Source of the DNA: Camelus ferus | Taxonomy: Eukaryota | DNA: 64,000 nt | Reading direction: 5' to 3' | NCBI RefSeq assembly: GCF_009834535.1 | Contig: NC_045697.1 | Span: 6,140,001 to 6,204,000, forward strand | Part shown: positions 1 through 13,180 of the stretch, piece by piece | How positions within the stretch are numbered: the stretch's first letter is position 1 | Layout of the letters: every line of letters starts with the position of its first letter | Translations under genes and position numbers: made by a program | The notes under the pieces: generated by a model | The model's database searches: none | The model's input: only the letters and a program-made list of their open reading frames with translations | Told to the model about the DNA's origin: nothing

Positions 1-27
1 TCCTTGACTTATTCCTTTATAGATGTT

Positions 28-325
28 GACAGAGCACCTACTGCGTGGCCAGCACAGTGCTGGATACTGAGAAGGTGGCAAAGAAGGGTAAGCCTGTACT
101 CCTATCGGGTATTTCAGTCTAATCAGAAGGATGAGCCACAGGAAGGGACTTACTTTAAGTAAGCACCTACTGTGTGCCAGGCACTGGTTCTGTACAGCCC
201 CATCAAACCCCAAGAGCAGCCACTGTGATCTCATTATTTCCACTCCACAGCTAGCGTGCTGGGCGTTCAGAGATCACCCCACTTGCCCAAAGCACCATGG
301 CTGATGGATGAGAACTGAGGCTTAA
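28..325 (-). mobile_element. L2 3'-end and MIR fragments
   Basis: gagcacctactg..ccagcacagtgctgg and gcacctactgtgtgccaggcactg motifs, followed by a MIR-core-like segment. Confidence 0.55.
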
Positions 326-609
326 AGCAAGAGCACCCCCTCTGTCTGCACTGACCCTCTTCCACTGTCCAGCCCAGTCCAAGTGAGCCTGGGGCTTGAT
401 GTCAGACACATTTCTCTTTGTTCTTTTTGTAGTCTGGCATCCAGACGACTTCTCACTTGGGAGGAGCTCCCATTTGTGGGTCTCATGGGAAAGTCTTTTT
501 CAGCTTCTCCTGGATTCCCTTCCACCAATGATCCCATTTCTCTGGAGCATCACCAATTTCTCCTTCTCTCTTAGGTCACCCCTGGCTACATAAAAAAAGT
601 CTTAATATT

Positions 610-1290
610 ACAATTAAGAAAACAAAAACAAAACTAAGTGTTGGCAAGGATGTGGAGAAATTAGAGCTCTCCTATGCTGCTAGTGGGGATGTAAACTGGT
701 TTGGCCACTGTGGGAAATCATTTGATGGCTTCTCAAAAAATAAATGTATGACACGGCAACTCCACTCCCAGGTTAAAACCAAGAGAATTGAAAACAGGTG
801 TTCAAACAAAAACTTATACACGAATGCTCACAGCACTGCTATTCACAATAGCCGAAAGGTGGAAACGGCCCAAATGTCCATCCTCTGATGAATGGGTAAA
901 CAAAGTGGTCTCTCCGTACAATGGAATGTAAGTTCTGATACGTGATGCAATGTGGAAGGATCTTAAAACCCTTATGCTAAGTGAAGAGAGGCTAGATCTG
1001 AATGATCACATATTGTGTGATTCCATTTTAGTAAAATGTCCAAAAGAGGAACTTGGCGGAGGCAGAATGCAGAGCAGTGTTTGCCAGGGGCTGGGGGAGA
1101 AGGTGATTGGGGGGGGCTATTTTATGGTTGAGAAGGTTGCTTTGGGGGGGTGAAAATGGTTTTGGATCTAGACAGATGTGGTGGTTGTACAGAATTGTGA
1201 ATGTATTAAATGCTGTCCAGTTGTTCACTTTGAAATGGTTATTTTTATGTTAAGTGCATTTCACCTCAATGGGAAAAATAAAAAAACAAC
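610..1290 (+). mobile_element. Old LINE-1 (L1M-type) 3' end with A-rich tail
   Basis: aagtgttggcaaggatgtggagaaa..., tattcacaatagccgaaaggtggaaac..caaatgtccatc..gatgaatgggtaaacaaa; ends in aaaaataaaaaaa. Confidence 0.9.
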
Positions 1291-1579
1291 CTCCTGTGAC
1301 CACCTGGAGATGTCCACCTGGCGTCAGCCCATTTCCTGGCTCTTGCTACGGGAACCCACTGTCTCACGTCTGGTCCTCCCCAGCTGATGCCCACGGGGCT
1401 GACCCACCAGGCCGCTCAAACTGCTCTTTTGAGAACATCAATCATCCAAAGTCAACAGTCAAGTCCCTGTAATCTCCCTGCAGCTTTGGTGAAGCCGACC
1501 ACTCCACTTCCTCTGGGTCCTTCTGGAAACTTCCTTTTCCCATCTCCTGGGCCACACACTGGCCTGGTTATCCCTCTGC

Positions 1580-2665
1580 CCCCCTGACCACTCGTTCTGA
1601 GTCCCTTCTGCTGCTCCCTGTCACCTACCAACCTCCGGGGGTGGAGGGCCCCAGGACTCAGCTCAAGGCCCTGCTCCCCACTTCGCCCACACTCTCTCCG
1701 GGGCTGTCCTCACCCAGACTCATCTGTCATCTTAAAACCACCAGCATGCTGCCAGCTCCCAAATCCATCTCTCCAGCTTGGACTGTGTCCCAGAGATCCA
1801 GACTCCTATGTCCACACACCCGGTCAGTGCCCTCACTTGGCTCAGAAGCTTCTCAAGCAGAGCAGGTCCCCAGTTGAACTGAATTTGGCCAATATCGCTG
1901 CTACCAACTAGCTGTGTGACTGAGCAGGCCACGGAGGTCCCAGGTGACCAAGAGGCCTTGTCTGCTCCCCAGCCTCTTCACTTGCTCTCTCCCGCGTCCT
2001 CCATCCCCCCGACCCTGGCCTATCCCTGCCTCCCAACACCCCCAGCTTCCCCCCATCTCAGGGCCTTTGCACTTGCTGTTTGCTCTGCCCAGAAAATCTG
2101 TCCCAAAATCACTGCATGGCTGCTTCGTTCTTGTGCTTCAAGTCTTACCTCAAACGTCTCCTCTGTAGTAGTGCTGCCCTCACCTCCCTGGCTGAACCAA
2201 ACCCACCCTGACCCCACATCTGTCTGTCTGTCTGTCTGTCTCTCCCTCCGTCCTCCTCTCTCCTTTCCTTCCTCCCTTGTCCCTCCCTTCCTTCCCCCAT
2301 CTTCTCCTTCCCTCCCTCCATCTTCTCCTTCCCTTCCTCCCCCTCCTCCCCTCCCCCTCCTTTCCCTCCCCCCTCCTCCCCTCCTTCCCCTCCCCCTCCT
2401 CCTCTCCCCCTTCTCCTCCTTTTTCTCTCCCTCCCTCTTCCCCTCCATCTCATTATCTTTTATTGTCTTTCAACATACTTAATATCTGAAGTTACCTTAT
2501 TTGTCTCTTTGTTTTTTGAGCTCCTGTCTCATTTTCCCTGACAGACCGTGACTCCACGGGGGGCAGGAACCTCGTCTCTTTTAGTCCCTGCTGTGTCCCC
2601 AGTGCCCAGAACAGTGTCTAGCACACAGTAGGCACTTAATGAATACTTGATGACCGACTGACCAA
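1580..2665 (+). mobile_element. LINE-2 3' portion, interrupted by a polypyrimidine tract
   Basis: cagggcctttgcacttgctgtt and the terminal ccccagtgcccagaacagtgtctagcacacagtaggcacttaatgaata. Confidence 0.75.
2220..2450. repeat. Low-complexity (TGTC)n plus CT-rich polypyrimidine tract
   Basis: About 230 bp that is almost entirely C/T on the plus strand. Confidence 0.95.
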
Positions 2666-3699
2666 CTAAGCAGAGAAGTCAAAACACCCGCTGAGACCTG
2701 TCTTGCCCTCAGAAAGCTTCAGCGAGGCTGCCCAGCCTGGACGCGCCTCTGGGTGGGCCCACCAACACTGGACCCTGATTGCGACACAGAGAGGCGGGAG
2801 AGTTGAGGATGTGTCCTCCGTGCAGAGGTGGCTGCCTGGAGAGGGTCTGGTGGCGAGAACACCGAGGGCCCAGCAGCAGGGGCTCAGGGACCTCCTGACC
2901 AGGCTCTCCTGCTGCCTGCTTCCTGGGTTTTCTGCATCTTCCCAGAACCTGGATCTGTAGTCTCTCCACAGATTCAGCCATGAGCGTCCACGGTCTGCCC
3001 ATTAATCCTCTTTTCTACCTGAGTCCATTGGGGTGGATTCGAGTCCAACTGGTCCACTTGGCTCCTTCTAGGTGTTCTGTTTAGGTCTCTGTGCCCCCAG
3101 GTCCCTTCTCGGGAAGGTTGACCAGGAAGCCCACAGGACCAGGCCTTGACAACTTAGTTGGAAAAATGATCGAGAACAAAGCAAACCCTTTTGGATGAGA
3201 AAAGTCAGTGAACTCAAACGCAGCCCTGGGGACACCCTCAGAATCTCAGCCCCTTAAAAAGTGAAAAAGCTGAGTTAGTTCCCAGCCACAGGAGCCTTCG
3301 GGGACAGGCAGGGTCACCCACCAGGGGGTTCTGTTTGCCTCCCTCTGATTTTAAGTAAGTCAGCATATAACTACTACATTTTTAAAAATAAAGTGAGGAA
3401 AACAAACAGTTCTGCTTTGCCGCTAAAAATGTTTTCAAAAGAAAAATGACAGAAGGGCTTTTTTATGATATTCAGAAATTAGGGTGGAGAACTTCTAAAA
3501 ACCCCCCAAGTTTAAAGAGCCTGTCTCTGTGGATCACACGCTCAGTGGGTATCCCTTTAGGTCTGACTGGAGCCCTCAGGGAACTGTCGCTTTAACTTCA
3601 CAAGCGCGTCAGTGGTATGCCTCGGTTTAGTCACCATTTTGAAATAAATTCAAAATTTCAATTTTTTTTTAAGTGGAGTGGAATGTTCTAAATTCAGAC

Positions 3700-3870
3700 C
3701 CTCCTCCCTGCTCATCAGTTTGGTCTAAGCTGTTTGGAGTGAGGCTCTGGCATCCACAGTGACCCAGCTTCAAACCCTGACTCTGCTGCCAACCAGCTGT
3801 GTGACCGTCAACAACTCGCTTAACCTCTCTGAGCTCAGTTTCTTTACTTGTATCATAAACATCACAACAT
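3700..3870 (+). mobile_element. MIR SINE
   Basis: ttcaaaccctgactctgctgccaaccagctgtgtgacc...cttaacctctctgagctcagtttc. Confidence 0.8.
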
Positions 3871-4239
3871 GCCCCATAATAACATGTGTGGGGATCAATA
3901 ACCATAAGTGGACATAATACTCAACACCTGGCAGAGACTGGTAAATTCTACCCATTTTTAACATCTGTAGGTCAATCATTCATCAAATTCAGCTGGTCCA
4001 AGATAAATATTTCTTCTCCCACTTGACCAGAGCTGACTCACAAGAATGTAGAACACTTTTGCCGCCCTGAGCACATCTCGATGACTTTGTGTTTGTCAGG
4101 GAGACTCAGCACGTGTCTAGACATTGGAGGAAAGTCAGTGGGCCAGAGGAGGTCAGCTCGGATGCTGCTAAGACCTAAGACCTTTTCCAGGCTCACTTAG
4201 CCCCTCCCCTGAGCTTGTTGGGTTCTTCCCGCCTCACTA

Positions 4240-5350
4240 GCCGCCCTCCACGTTCTTCTGTGGAGCCTCCTTCCCCTCGACCTCTTCTCTCTGCATTTGA
4301 CCCCAAGGTGTTTCCGATCCCTTCTCTAGACTAATGATTCCCACATTTCACATCACCAGCCCAGACCTGCACCCCACGTTCCCATCCAGACTACACGCCA
4401 TCGTCACTCAGATACCACATGGGACCTCAGCCTTAAGGTAACCAAATGAAGCCAGCAAAGTGGCTGGGCCAGGTTCTGGCAGAGCGAAGACTTGATGATG
4501 GTCGTGTGTCTGAGGCCAGGGCGGCCCTCCTGGGCTGCACTCCACTGCTCCACGTAGATGAGTAACATGCATCTCAAGCCCACTGTATACAAACCTGTTC
4601 CCCTCAGTCTTCCCCTCCAGGTAAATGGCATCACTTTCTGTCCACCACCCTACCTGCTGTCCACGCCCCACCTCGAGCCTGAGATCTATCCGGGATCTGA
4701 CCACTTCTCATCAAGCTGAGTCCCAGCTGCCCCCGTCCCGGGGCTCTCGGATAAGTTGTGCCGAGGCCTCCTGCCCATTCTCCCTGCACCTGCAGCACCT
4801 GCTCCCCACACCACCACCCAGCACCACCCCCAGAGCAGCCGAGCGCTCCTTCTAACGGGTCAGGTCTGTTCAGAACCCGCCCTCCTCCCAGTGGCTCCCC
4901 ACCCCCTCAGGGCCATGTCTTAGCAAGGTCCACAGGCTCTGACCCTCACTGTCTCACACCTGACTGACCCCGGTCCACACGCTCTCTTCCCTCTTCCCCT
5001 CCACTCTGGCCAGCTGGACTCCTGGTTGTTCTTAAGCAAGTCTAGTACATGCTTGTCTCAGGACCTTTGTTATCTGCTGTTTCTCTGACCAGAACACCCT
5101 CTCTCAGATACTCAAAGGGCTCCCTCCTCACTTCCCTCAGGTCTCCACTTCAAATAAGACCCACAGGAAAGGACCTCTAACCTCCCAATGTTAGATGCAA
5201 CCCTCACAATTAATCAACCCCCTCATTTCTGTCTATTCCATCCTTTTACCTTTGGAACGGCACCAATCACCACCTGATGAACATTTACCTGTTTGTTGAT
5301 CTGTGTCCTCCAGCTAGAATACGTTGCCCAGAGAGCTGGGGTTTGGTCTC
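4240..5350 (+). mobile_element. Degenerate LINE-2 fragments
   Basis: cccacatttcacatcaccagcccagacc, tctcaggacctttgt and cacttccctcaggtctccacttcaaat are L2-type motifs. Confidence 0.6.
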
Positions 5351-6469
5351 TGTGCTGTTCCCTCTCCTTGCCTCCCAGCTCCAGTCCCCCAACTTCCCTG
5401 TGCTGCTCCAGTCCTGGAAGGCTGGCCCTGAAGGACAGTGTCAGCCTCTTCTCTTACAACTGGCTGCCAGCCCAGGAGAGGCAGCAGCAGACAAGCGGCA
5501 GGAAGAGACAGAGGCGGGGGCGTTTCTTCCCTGCCGCCTCCCTGCTCTGTCCAGCAGCTCTGGTAACCGCTGCATCCAACTGCACCTCCCCTGCCCCGGC
5601 CCAGGCAGCCTCCCTCCAGGGCTCTCAGTCAGCCCCCTAGACACTGGCCCTCCCCTTGCCCTTGGCTCTTGGGGAAACGGCTCCTGCTGTCCTGGGGACC
5701 TTGGCCATCCTTGTTTGTTCCTTTCCCTCTGCCCACGCCTCTGTGAGTCCTCCCTTCACCATCTGGGGTGCGTTCGGTTTCCTCCTGAAACCCTAGCCCA
5801 GCCAGTCCATCACGTTTGCGACTGCGTCCAGCACTTGAAATAGCGCCTGGAACATAACGGGTGCTCACTCAATATCCCTCATTAATTAATGAGCTAATTA
5901 ACTCATTAGCAGAAGAATGAATGGAAGGAAATCAATATGCTACTTAACAGAATGAATCTATAAACAAATAGATTGCCTTTAAAGCCATTTTGTTTCCTTT
6001 AAAGAAAAAATGAGTTAAGCCAATGAGTTAACTTTCACGGAAACATAAATGGAGGGGGAATAAAGTGAGGAGAATCCATGGGTTCCTCTGAATTGGGTGC
6101 TCAGCAGGGTGCCAAGCCTGTCTCCTGTGTTGGCTCTTCCCTTGAAGGTTAAGATTACAGGACCTTCCTCCCAGACAGATGCATATGGAGTCTGAGATCC
6201 CCTTGACCTTGGAGCCCCAGTTGCCAGCCCCACCTATCCGGCCCTGCTGCACTCTCTGAGGCTGTGCACGCAGAGGCTGACCCTCTGTCCTGAAGCAGCA
6301 AAGATGCTTGCTGGGATCACGGCAAGTCCCCAGGGCCCACCACCCTGCAGCGAGGAGAGGGGACGCTGAGTGGCATTCCCACAGAGAAGGACCCCAGCTG
6401 TGAGCATCAGGTCTTGGGCACTCCCTCATTCACCCTCTGTCCAGACAGTGAGCGGCCACTTCTGTGGCT

Positions 6470-6960
6470 TTGTGACAACTCTAAGGGTGGAGAACCAGTA
6501 GAGGATTTGGGAGGGAGACCCACAGACATCTGCCAACTAACAGCTGGCACCGCCATCTGCCTCTGCGAGGGATACGTCACGAGTCGCTGCAGCCACGGAA
6601 GGGATCTCAGGGTGGAGGTCAGGAGGGAGGTGCTCTGTGTTCTGGGAAAACTGGCAGAACAGGCCTTCAGATAGAGATTTTCAGGAGGAGGTTTTATGAG
6701 CCCAGATTCTTGCGTCTAGAAAAGCCCCGAAGCCGTTGCTGTGTGCAGCTCGTGACTAGCAGCAAGCCTCCGTGTAAACGTGCTTCACAGCACGTGCCCC
6801 GTCACTGAAACCACGTGTAACAGTGACCCTCCTTGCTACGTCTTCGGAGCAGTTCTCCAGGGCGACCTGAGAGGCTGCCTCCCGGGCTGCCGTCCTCATT
6901 TTGCCCCCAGTAAACCTGAACTCACAGCTGTCACGTTGTCATGTGTTTTCGGTCGGCACG
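6470..6960 (+). mobile_element. ERV-type solo LTR (cetartiodactyl ERV1-like)
   Basis: gtgctctgtgttctgggaaaactggcagaacaggccttcagatag...gagcagttctccagggcgacctgagaggctgcctcccgggct...; LTR-like end with a degenerate polyA signal. Confidence 0.6.
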
Positions 6961-7011
6961 TCCAAGAGCCTGTGCTTGTTTGTTTTCCGCCCAGCCTGGT
7001 TGTTCCTTCTC

Positions 7012-7200
7012 CCAGAGCTGGGACTAGGGTGAGGCGAGCGAGCCTCTGTCCTGGGAGCAAATCGAGACGAAGGAGGTATTGAAAACAGCAGTCATCAAGA
7101 TAAATAATACTTAATGCAATATTTCTAAAAAGTCACAATGAATGCAAAAAGCCCATGATGCACGAATTATCAGCATTTTCAAGAAAGGCAGGAGCTGGTT
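7012..7200 (+). mobile_element. MER96B-like hAT DNA transposon
   Basis: cagagctgggactagggtgaggcgagcgag...tcaagataaataatacttaatgcaatattt...aatgcaaaaagcccatgatg. Confidence 0.75.
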
Positions 7201-9029
7201 GGGGGTGAGCGGGAGGCGAGTGAGGTGAGTCTTATGGGTGTGGGGTCGGATCCTGAGACAAGGTTTTCCACCCACGTTCTCTGAAAAGCAGCCTTTGGCA
7301 CCTGGTGGCCACTCTGGCTGCTTTCATTCTTCTTCCTAAACCTTTATTACCCTCTGTCAGTCCCTCACATGTTTGTTTATTTATGGAGTGTGTGTGAGGG
7401 GCGATGCATTTCAAAAAATGAGGCCAGATGAGGGCATGCAGGAGCAAATCCTTCCTCTCTGCTGCGCATTCCTCCTCTAGACTGGATACCAGTAAAGGAG
7501 TGCCGTGTCAGAATAAACGCAGCGTGTGGTTTTAAGGCTCTTGATGTCTGTCCGTGTTTCACATCAATATTTCAGCTAAGGATGTGAAGAGCATCTCCTC
7601 TCTCCAGAGGGGGTCTTGGATGCCACTTACCAAGCGCCCTCAGCCACGTGCAGTGAGAGCTTCTGGAAAGGCTGGGCGGCAGGTGGGCGAATGAGGAGGT
7701 GAGTCAACGGACGAACTGTCCATCAGTGGCCAGCAGCCAGGGGGCATGGGGCAGGGGGACCTGGGAGCCATGCAAAGGTGTTTCCATGAAGAAGACCCTT
7801 CCTCCTCCTCCACCTCATCAAGCGCCCTGCTGCTCCAGCTGAACAACCTGTCAGGCTCCTTCTCCGCGCATCCAGGTGACCCCATCTCAGAGGATGTCTC
7901 TACCTGGGTTTCACCTCCCTGCTGCCATTCTCCTGAGCCCCAACCTCATCCTGCCCCACCTGGACATCAGCCTGCTGCCTGGCTTCCCCATCACAAGCAT
8001 CCAGCCTCCTATCCAATTCTCTGCAGTCTCCTCCAGGGTGATTTTTCATGTGCTGCAGAATCGAAGCACCCATGATCTCTCCTTTTGGGGGTGTCAGCCC
8101 CTCAGATCCTCTGCTTCTCGCCGTGACTATCGGTTGCTGGCTTTCTGATGCCAAGACAAAGATCAACACACTCAGCCCTTCCATCCCTGGTATTTGATGA
8201 CACACCTGCTAGGGCTTTTATCAGAACCGAAAACCAGACTAATTGTTCCAGATTCAGACCTTCTCTTTTCTTGGCTCCCAAGCAAGCCAAAAGGGAGAAA
8301 GAAATGCAGTGAAACTGGGTGACGGGAGCCACTGGAGAAGAGGGTAGCCCAAAGGGCGGTGGAACTTGCAGGTATCTGAACAGTTTGAATAAACACTGTT
8401 AGCGACATGCCATTTTCTTTTAGGCCAAGAGTAGGGTCCTCCTTTCGTAAATACTCCCATGCGAGTGACTGTGATGGATGGATGCTGTGGTTGTAATAAG
8501 TGTATTCATTTTACTCAGCGGGTGCTGCCAAGGCACTTGGTAAATAAAACAATGTTTATAAACCATCCATTAAAAAGTCAGAAAGAAATCTGGGGAGATG
8601 TTCACATTAGTTTCCAGGAAGTTCAGGTGAAGAGTTCTGAATGAAGAAAGCTCACCATGAGCACTGTGACATGTTTTCCCATTTCAATCATTATTAACAC
8701 ACCCCGTGTCGCTGGCTCCCAGAATGGTATTTAATTTATGGCTCAGAAGATTTCAGCTTGTGACTTCCATCATCATTTGTCTTTAGAACTATTTCAAATA
8801 GGAAAATGTTGCTGTCTCAGAATCTTCCAGTTCCAAGTGGTTCCAGCTGAACCTGCCTCATGGACCCCCTCTGAACTTCCCGGCATCCCAACATCCAGCT
8901 AGTGACTCAGCCAGGGAGGGAGAAAGAACTGCCTTGCTTTTTTTCTTTTAGCCATATCTTTTCATGCATCCTATTATTTTATTTTCAGAGCAGTATGATG
9001 AGCTATAAAGTTCAGGATTTACACTTTCA

Positions 9030-9405
9030 TGAGTTGAACTGTGTTCCCTGTGCCAGAAAGATATGTTGAGTTCCTAAGCCTTGGTACCTGTGAATGTGGC
9101 CTTCATTGGAAATAAAGTCTTTGCAGATGTAGTCAGGCTAAGATACAGTCATTAGGTGGCCCTAATCCAATATGATGGGGGTCCTTTTAAGAAGAAGAGA
9201 CAGACACACATAGGGAGAAGGCAACTGATGCCAAGGATCACAGGCACCACCGGAAGCTGGAGAGGCGGGAAAGGATTCTCCCCAGAGTCTCTGCAGAGGG
9301 AGCCTGGCTCTGCTGATGCCCTGATCTCAGACTCTAGCCTCCGGAACTGGGAGGGAATAAATTTCTGTTGTGCTGTCTTTGTTAGGGCAGCCGCGGGACA
9401 CCATC
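9030..9405 (+). mobile_element. MaLR LTR (MLT1-type)
   Basis: gtacctgtgaatgtggccttcattggaaataaagtctttgcagatgt...ggaataaatttctgttg. Confidence 0.85.
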
Positions 9406-10149
9406 TAGTCTCCTTTCAGCTTGCTCTGTTTGTGACTATTGCGGTTCACTGGTCCCTTCAGCTTCTCCCCAGTCCCCCAGCCCTCCTCTTCTTCCCAGTC
9501 CCCTCATCTCAGTCAGATTCCAGATGTTAACATATCCTAAACTCTTCTCCTCCCATTCCTTCTTCACAGCTTTGGGCCAGCAGCATCTGTGGCTTCCATC
9601 ACTAAACACAGGGTACCATATTCACACGGGCACCACGCTGCTGGCATCTCACTCTCCACCAAGTGTTTTTCAAGTGTCCTCTAACCTCCCCATCTACCCA
9701 TCACTCTCAGGAGATGCCTGCGGTGGATGCATTGATGTCCCACCTGTAGCCCCTTCAGTAGCCCATGCACCTGTCCCCTAGCTGCTGTCAGTGTGGCCGA
9801 TAAAAGCTCACCGCTGCTTCCTTCTCCAAAGAACTTTCTTCAACCAACAGGAGCATCCTGCCTGGCAGACCACCAACCCCCAGACCCAGCGGATGATTGT
9901 CTGATACTCGGGTACAAACAGCCTTTGCTTGAAGGTGGAAGAGCAGGTGGATATACAGTAGTGATTCCCTCATTTAATGCCCCAAGACGTTACCCAAGAA
10001 TCCATATACTGGGCAAAAATGACAATTATACATTTCAAGGGCTGTTGCATACAGCGTCTGTGTTGACGCTGACATCCAGGGACCCAAAGCATTGTTAAGC
10101 CCCCTCCACCATTAACATAAGCCATATGAGAATCAGGTAGGCAATGTAG

Positions 10150-10470
10150 TTCTGGCTCAGGTATGTCACACAGGGGGTGCAGTGAGTCTACAGAGCCACC
10201 CGTGTTCATTTCCTTGGTCATCAAGGTTTTTAGCTTTGAAGATGAGGAAGGGCCCGTGAGCCAAGGAGTGCAGGCAGTCCTGAGAAGCTGTAACAGGCAA
10301 GCAAGGGACCGTCCCCTAGAGCCTCCAGAAAGGCACGCACCCTGCTGACACTTTGATTTTGGCTCCAAGACACCGGTGTCAGATTTCTGACCTCTGGAAA
10401 TATAAGACAATAAGTTGGCATTTAAGCCACTGAGTTTGTGGTAATTTATGACAGCAGCCACAGGAAATAT
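10150..10470 (+). mobile_element. MaLR LTR (MLT1-type), 3' part
   Basis: ctttgaagatgaggaagggcccgtgagccaaggagtgcaggc...tttaagccactgagtttgtggtaattt. Confidence 0.8.
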
Positions 10471-11669
10471 AGTCCTTGTAACTATTTGCTGAATGAATTA
10501 ATGAATAAACGAATGAGAGAAGACGATCTGAAGTCCCTCTACTGACCTGTCCCTATAATTCCTCTGGGTCGGTTTAGGACTGGGTGCCCAGCATGAACCC
10601 GGCTGCACCAGCGCGGTCTGAAGGAGTGGGCAACTCCCCTCCCCGCTCTGTGTCCACCTCTCAGATCCCCAGGGGACTCACGAGCTTGATGAAAGGCACC
10701 TGTGTGGCACTTGGCTCGGGTGGAACTGGCTAGAGATGAAAATGCTTCACGGGACACACCTGCCCTCCAACCACGCGCTGTCTAACCTGTGCCTTCCGTC
10801 ACAGGAGTGTTTGTTTCCCTGAAGTTAAGGCACATTCGTCTCAACTCAGCCCTCCCTTTCTGTTTTTTGTTTGTTTGTTTGTTTGTTTCTAACATCATCC
10901 CGGACACACTCTGGGCTGTAAGACGTGCAAAGAACATCTGGAGTTTTTAAAGGACATGCAATCTTTTTCACTGACGTCCCTATGTCATCCCACTGGGTTC
11001 ACGCTACCACCTCCAGTGTTTTGACATCCTCGCTCAACAGATGATGGAACTGAATTGTCATTTACTTGTTTATTAGCTCCTTTTTTCCCCCACTTACTCA
11101 TGAACTCCTTAATAAACACTGCTGAGGGCTGACTGCCTGCACTTGACCTTGTGTTCAGAACATCGCACACTCCTGCTGCTGCCTGGATGTATCCCAAGTT
11201 CTGAGAAGGGAAAACATGAAACCATGAACCTCTTACCATCAGTGTAAAAACTCATCCTTGGTGGAGAGAAGACCGGAACTCTGGCATCCTAGCCCTCCCC
11301 ACTGAGCACCCCCAAACACAAGACAGCTACTCAGCACCTCTTGTCTTGCACTAGGACGTGGTGCCAGAACTCCTAGAAAGAGACCTTCTCAGTTCATGGT
11401 CACTTAGGAGCATAATTCAAGCCACACACCAGCCGATGAAGCTCCCACGGCGGGACGTTCTGTCCTACCTCCCAGGAAGAGCTGGCCTCTTGAGAAGTTC
11501 CGATGTGCTTTAGGCTTTACAGTAATGTTTCTCCCCAGCCTGTTTTTCCAGTCTGTCTACTAGAGTCCCGTTGCCGTGTTAGGGCTCCTTCCAGATTTGA
11601 GTGTAATCCTCCTCCCTCCACAGTGGTGAGAAGTTAATTCCTTTATGACGAAGTGTTTCCCCTCCTAAC

Positions 11670-11890
11670 CCAGGGTCTCTCAGCCTCGCCACAATTGCCT
11701 TTTACGCTGGATAACTCTGTGCATCGTGGCACGGTTAACAGCATCCCTGGCCCCTCTGCTCACTCGATGCCAGTAGCCACTTTGCACCCCCATCCCTGAC
11801 TCCAGCCCCTCTCCCCCAACCCCATTATAACCAAAAATGTCTCCAGACATTGCTCAATGTCTCCCGAGGGGCAAAATCACCCCAGGGCTA
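11670..11890 (-). mobile_element. MER20 hAT-Charlie element
   Basis: accaaaaatgtctccagacattgctcaatgtctcccgaggggcaaaatcaccc. Confidence 0.85.
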
Positions 11891-12064
11891 TGCCCATCTC
11901 TGCGCCTCTGTCTCTGTTGGACCAGGTGACCCGTATCCTCCCTTAGACTGAAAATCCTGCTTCTGTAACACTCATTCTCTAGTCATAGTTTCCCAAAGAA
12001 GAACGGGAGTGAGATGTTTTATTTATGACTGTATTGAACAGGAGGTCAGTTTTCCCAATGGCCG

Positions 12065-12415
12065 TGCATTGAGGTTCTCCAGTACAACAGAACCACAGGA
12101 GGACTCAGCTCATGTGATTTGTGCAGGTGTAAGTCCACAGTCCACAGGGCAGGCTGGCAGGCTGGAGCCCCAGACAGACTTGCAGTCCAAGTCCCAAGGC
12201 AGCCCACTGCTGAATTCCCTCTTGCTCCAAGGAGGTCAGTCTTCTGTTTCTCAAGGCCCACCCGCAATATGGAGGGTAAGGCTTTGCCCAAAGTCTGAGG
12301 ATTTCAATGTTAATCTCACCCAACAAACACCTTAGAAGAAACATCCAGAATAACATTTGACTGAATATCTGGGCGCTGTGGCCCAGCCTAGTGGACACAG
12401 AGAATGAATCACATC
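12065..12415 (-). mobile_element. ERVL LTR (MLT2-type)
   Basis: ggttctccag..acagaacc; aatgttaatctcaccc...ccagaataacatttgactgaatatctgggc. Confidence 0.8.
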
Positions 12416-12532
12416 AGGCAGTGATGGGTGAATTCACTCACGGCAAAGAGAGGGACGATGCCCTTGAGCACACCTGGAATTTAGGGCCAGGCTTCCATGG
12501 TTATGCCTGAAAGGTCAGTGTTATAGGAGCCA

Positions 12533-12805
12533 TCGGTGGTTCCCAGCCCTGGTCATTACAATTACCTGGGGAGGTTTGAAAAGATGCAGGTGTCAGATCT
12601 ACCTTTGGGAGTCCAATCCAGTTGGTCTGAGGCTGGGCTCAGCCATCAGTGTGCTGTCAGAGCGGGTAGGGATGTAGCTCAGTGGTAGGGCGTGTGCTTG
12701 GTAGCACAAGGTCCTGGGTTCCATCCTCAGTGCCTCTGTTAAGGGAAAAGATAAAGGGACCCTCAGATATTCCCAGTGCACAGCCAGGGTTGGACGCCTC
12801 TGGGC
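12533..12805. mobile_element. MER5-type DNA transposon split by a SINE
   Basis: gtggttcccagccctgg..attacctggggagg...cagttggtctgaggctggg on one side of the SINE and gtgcacagccagggttgg on the other. Confidence 0.6.
12663..12755 (+). mobile_element. tRNA-Ala-derived SINE (Vic-1-like)
   Basis: gggatgtagctcagtggtagggcgtgtgcttggtagcacaaggtcctgggttccatcctcagtgcctc plus an A-rich tail; A and B boxes visible. Confidence 0.85.
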
Positions 12806-13180
12806 TGAATAAACTCTGACCCTTCCCCCAGGACCAACAAGGTGTGCCGGGTTTGCCCTTCGAGGGAATTAGGAGATGCTGGGACAGCCGCTTTACCTCC
12901 CTGAGGCTGCTGGTTACGTTAGGAGATACTTGGAAAGCACCCAGCACAGTCCCAGGAGACATAGCAGGTGTCATACGTCAGCACACGTCTGCTCCACCAC
13001 CCAGCTCGAGCTTAACAACCTGGCTGCCCCGCTCTGTCACTTTTGGGTAAGTTCCTGTTAAAATATAATAATAACCCTGCTTTCTCTAACATGGACCAAG
13101 TTTTGAGACAGATGCTGTGCTCCCAGTAGGCATTATCCAACCCTCACAATAATCGTATGAAGAAGATTTGGTGGTGGTTC

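Noticed and set aside
1916..2482. 188-aa Pro/Ser-rich ORF and the antiparallel Gly/Arg/Glu-rich ORFs
   Set aside because: They are artefacts of the CT-rich low-complexity tract and L2 sequence, with no recognisable protein features.
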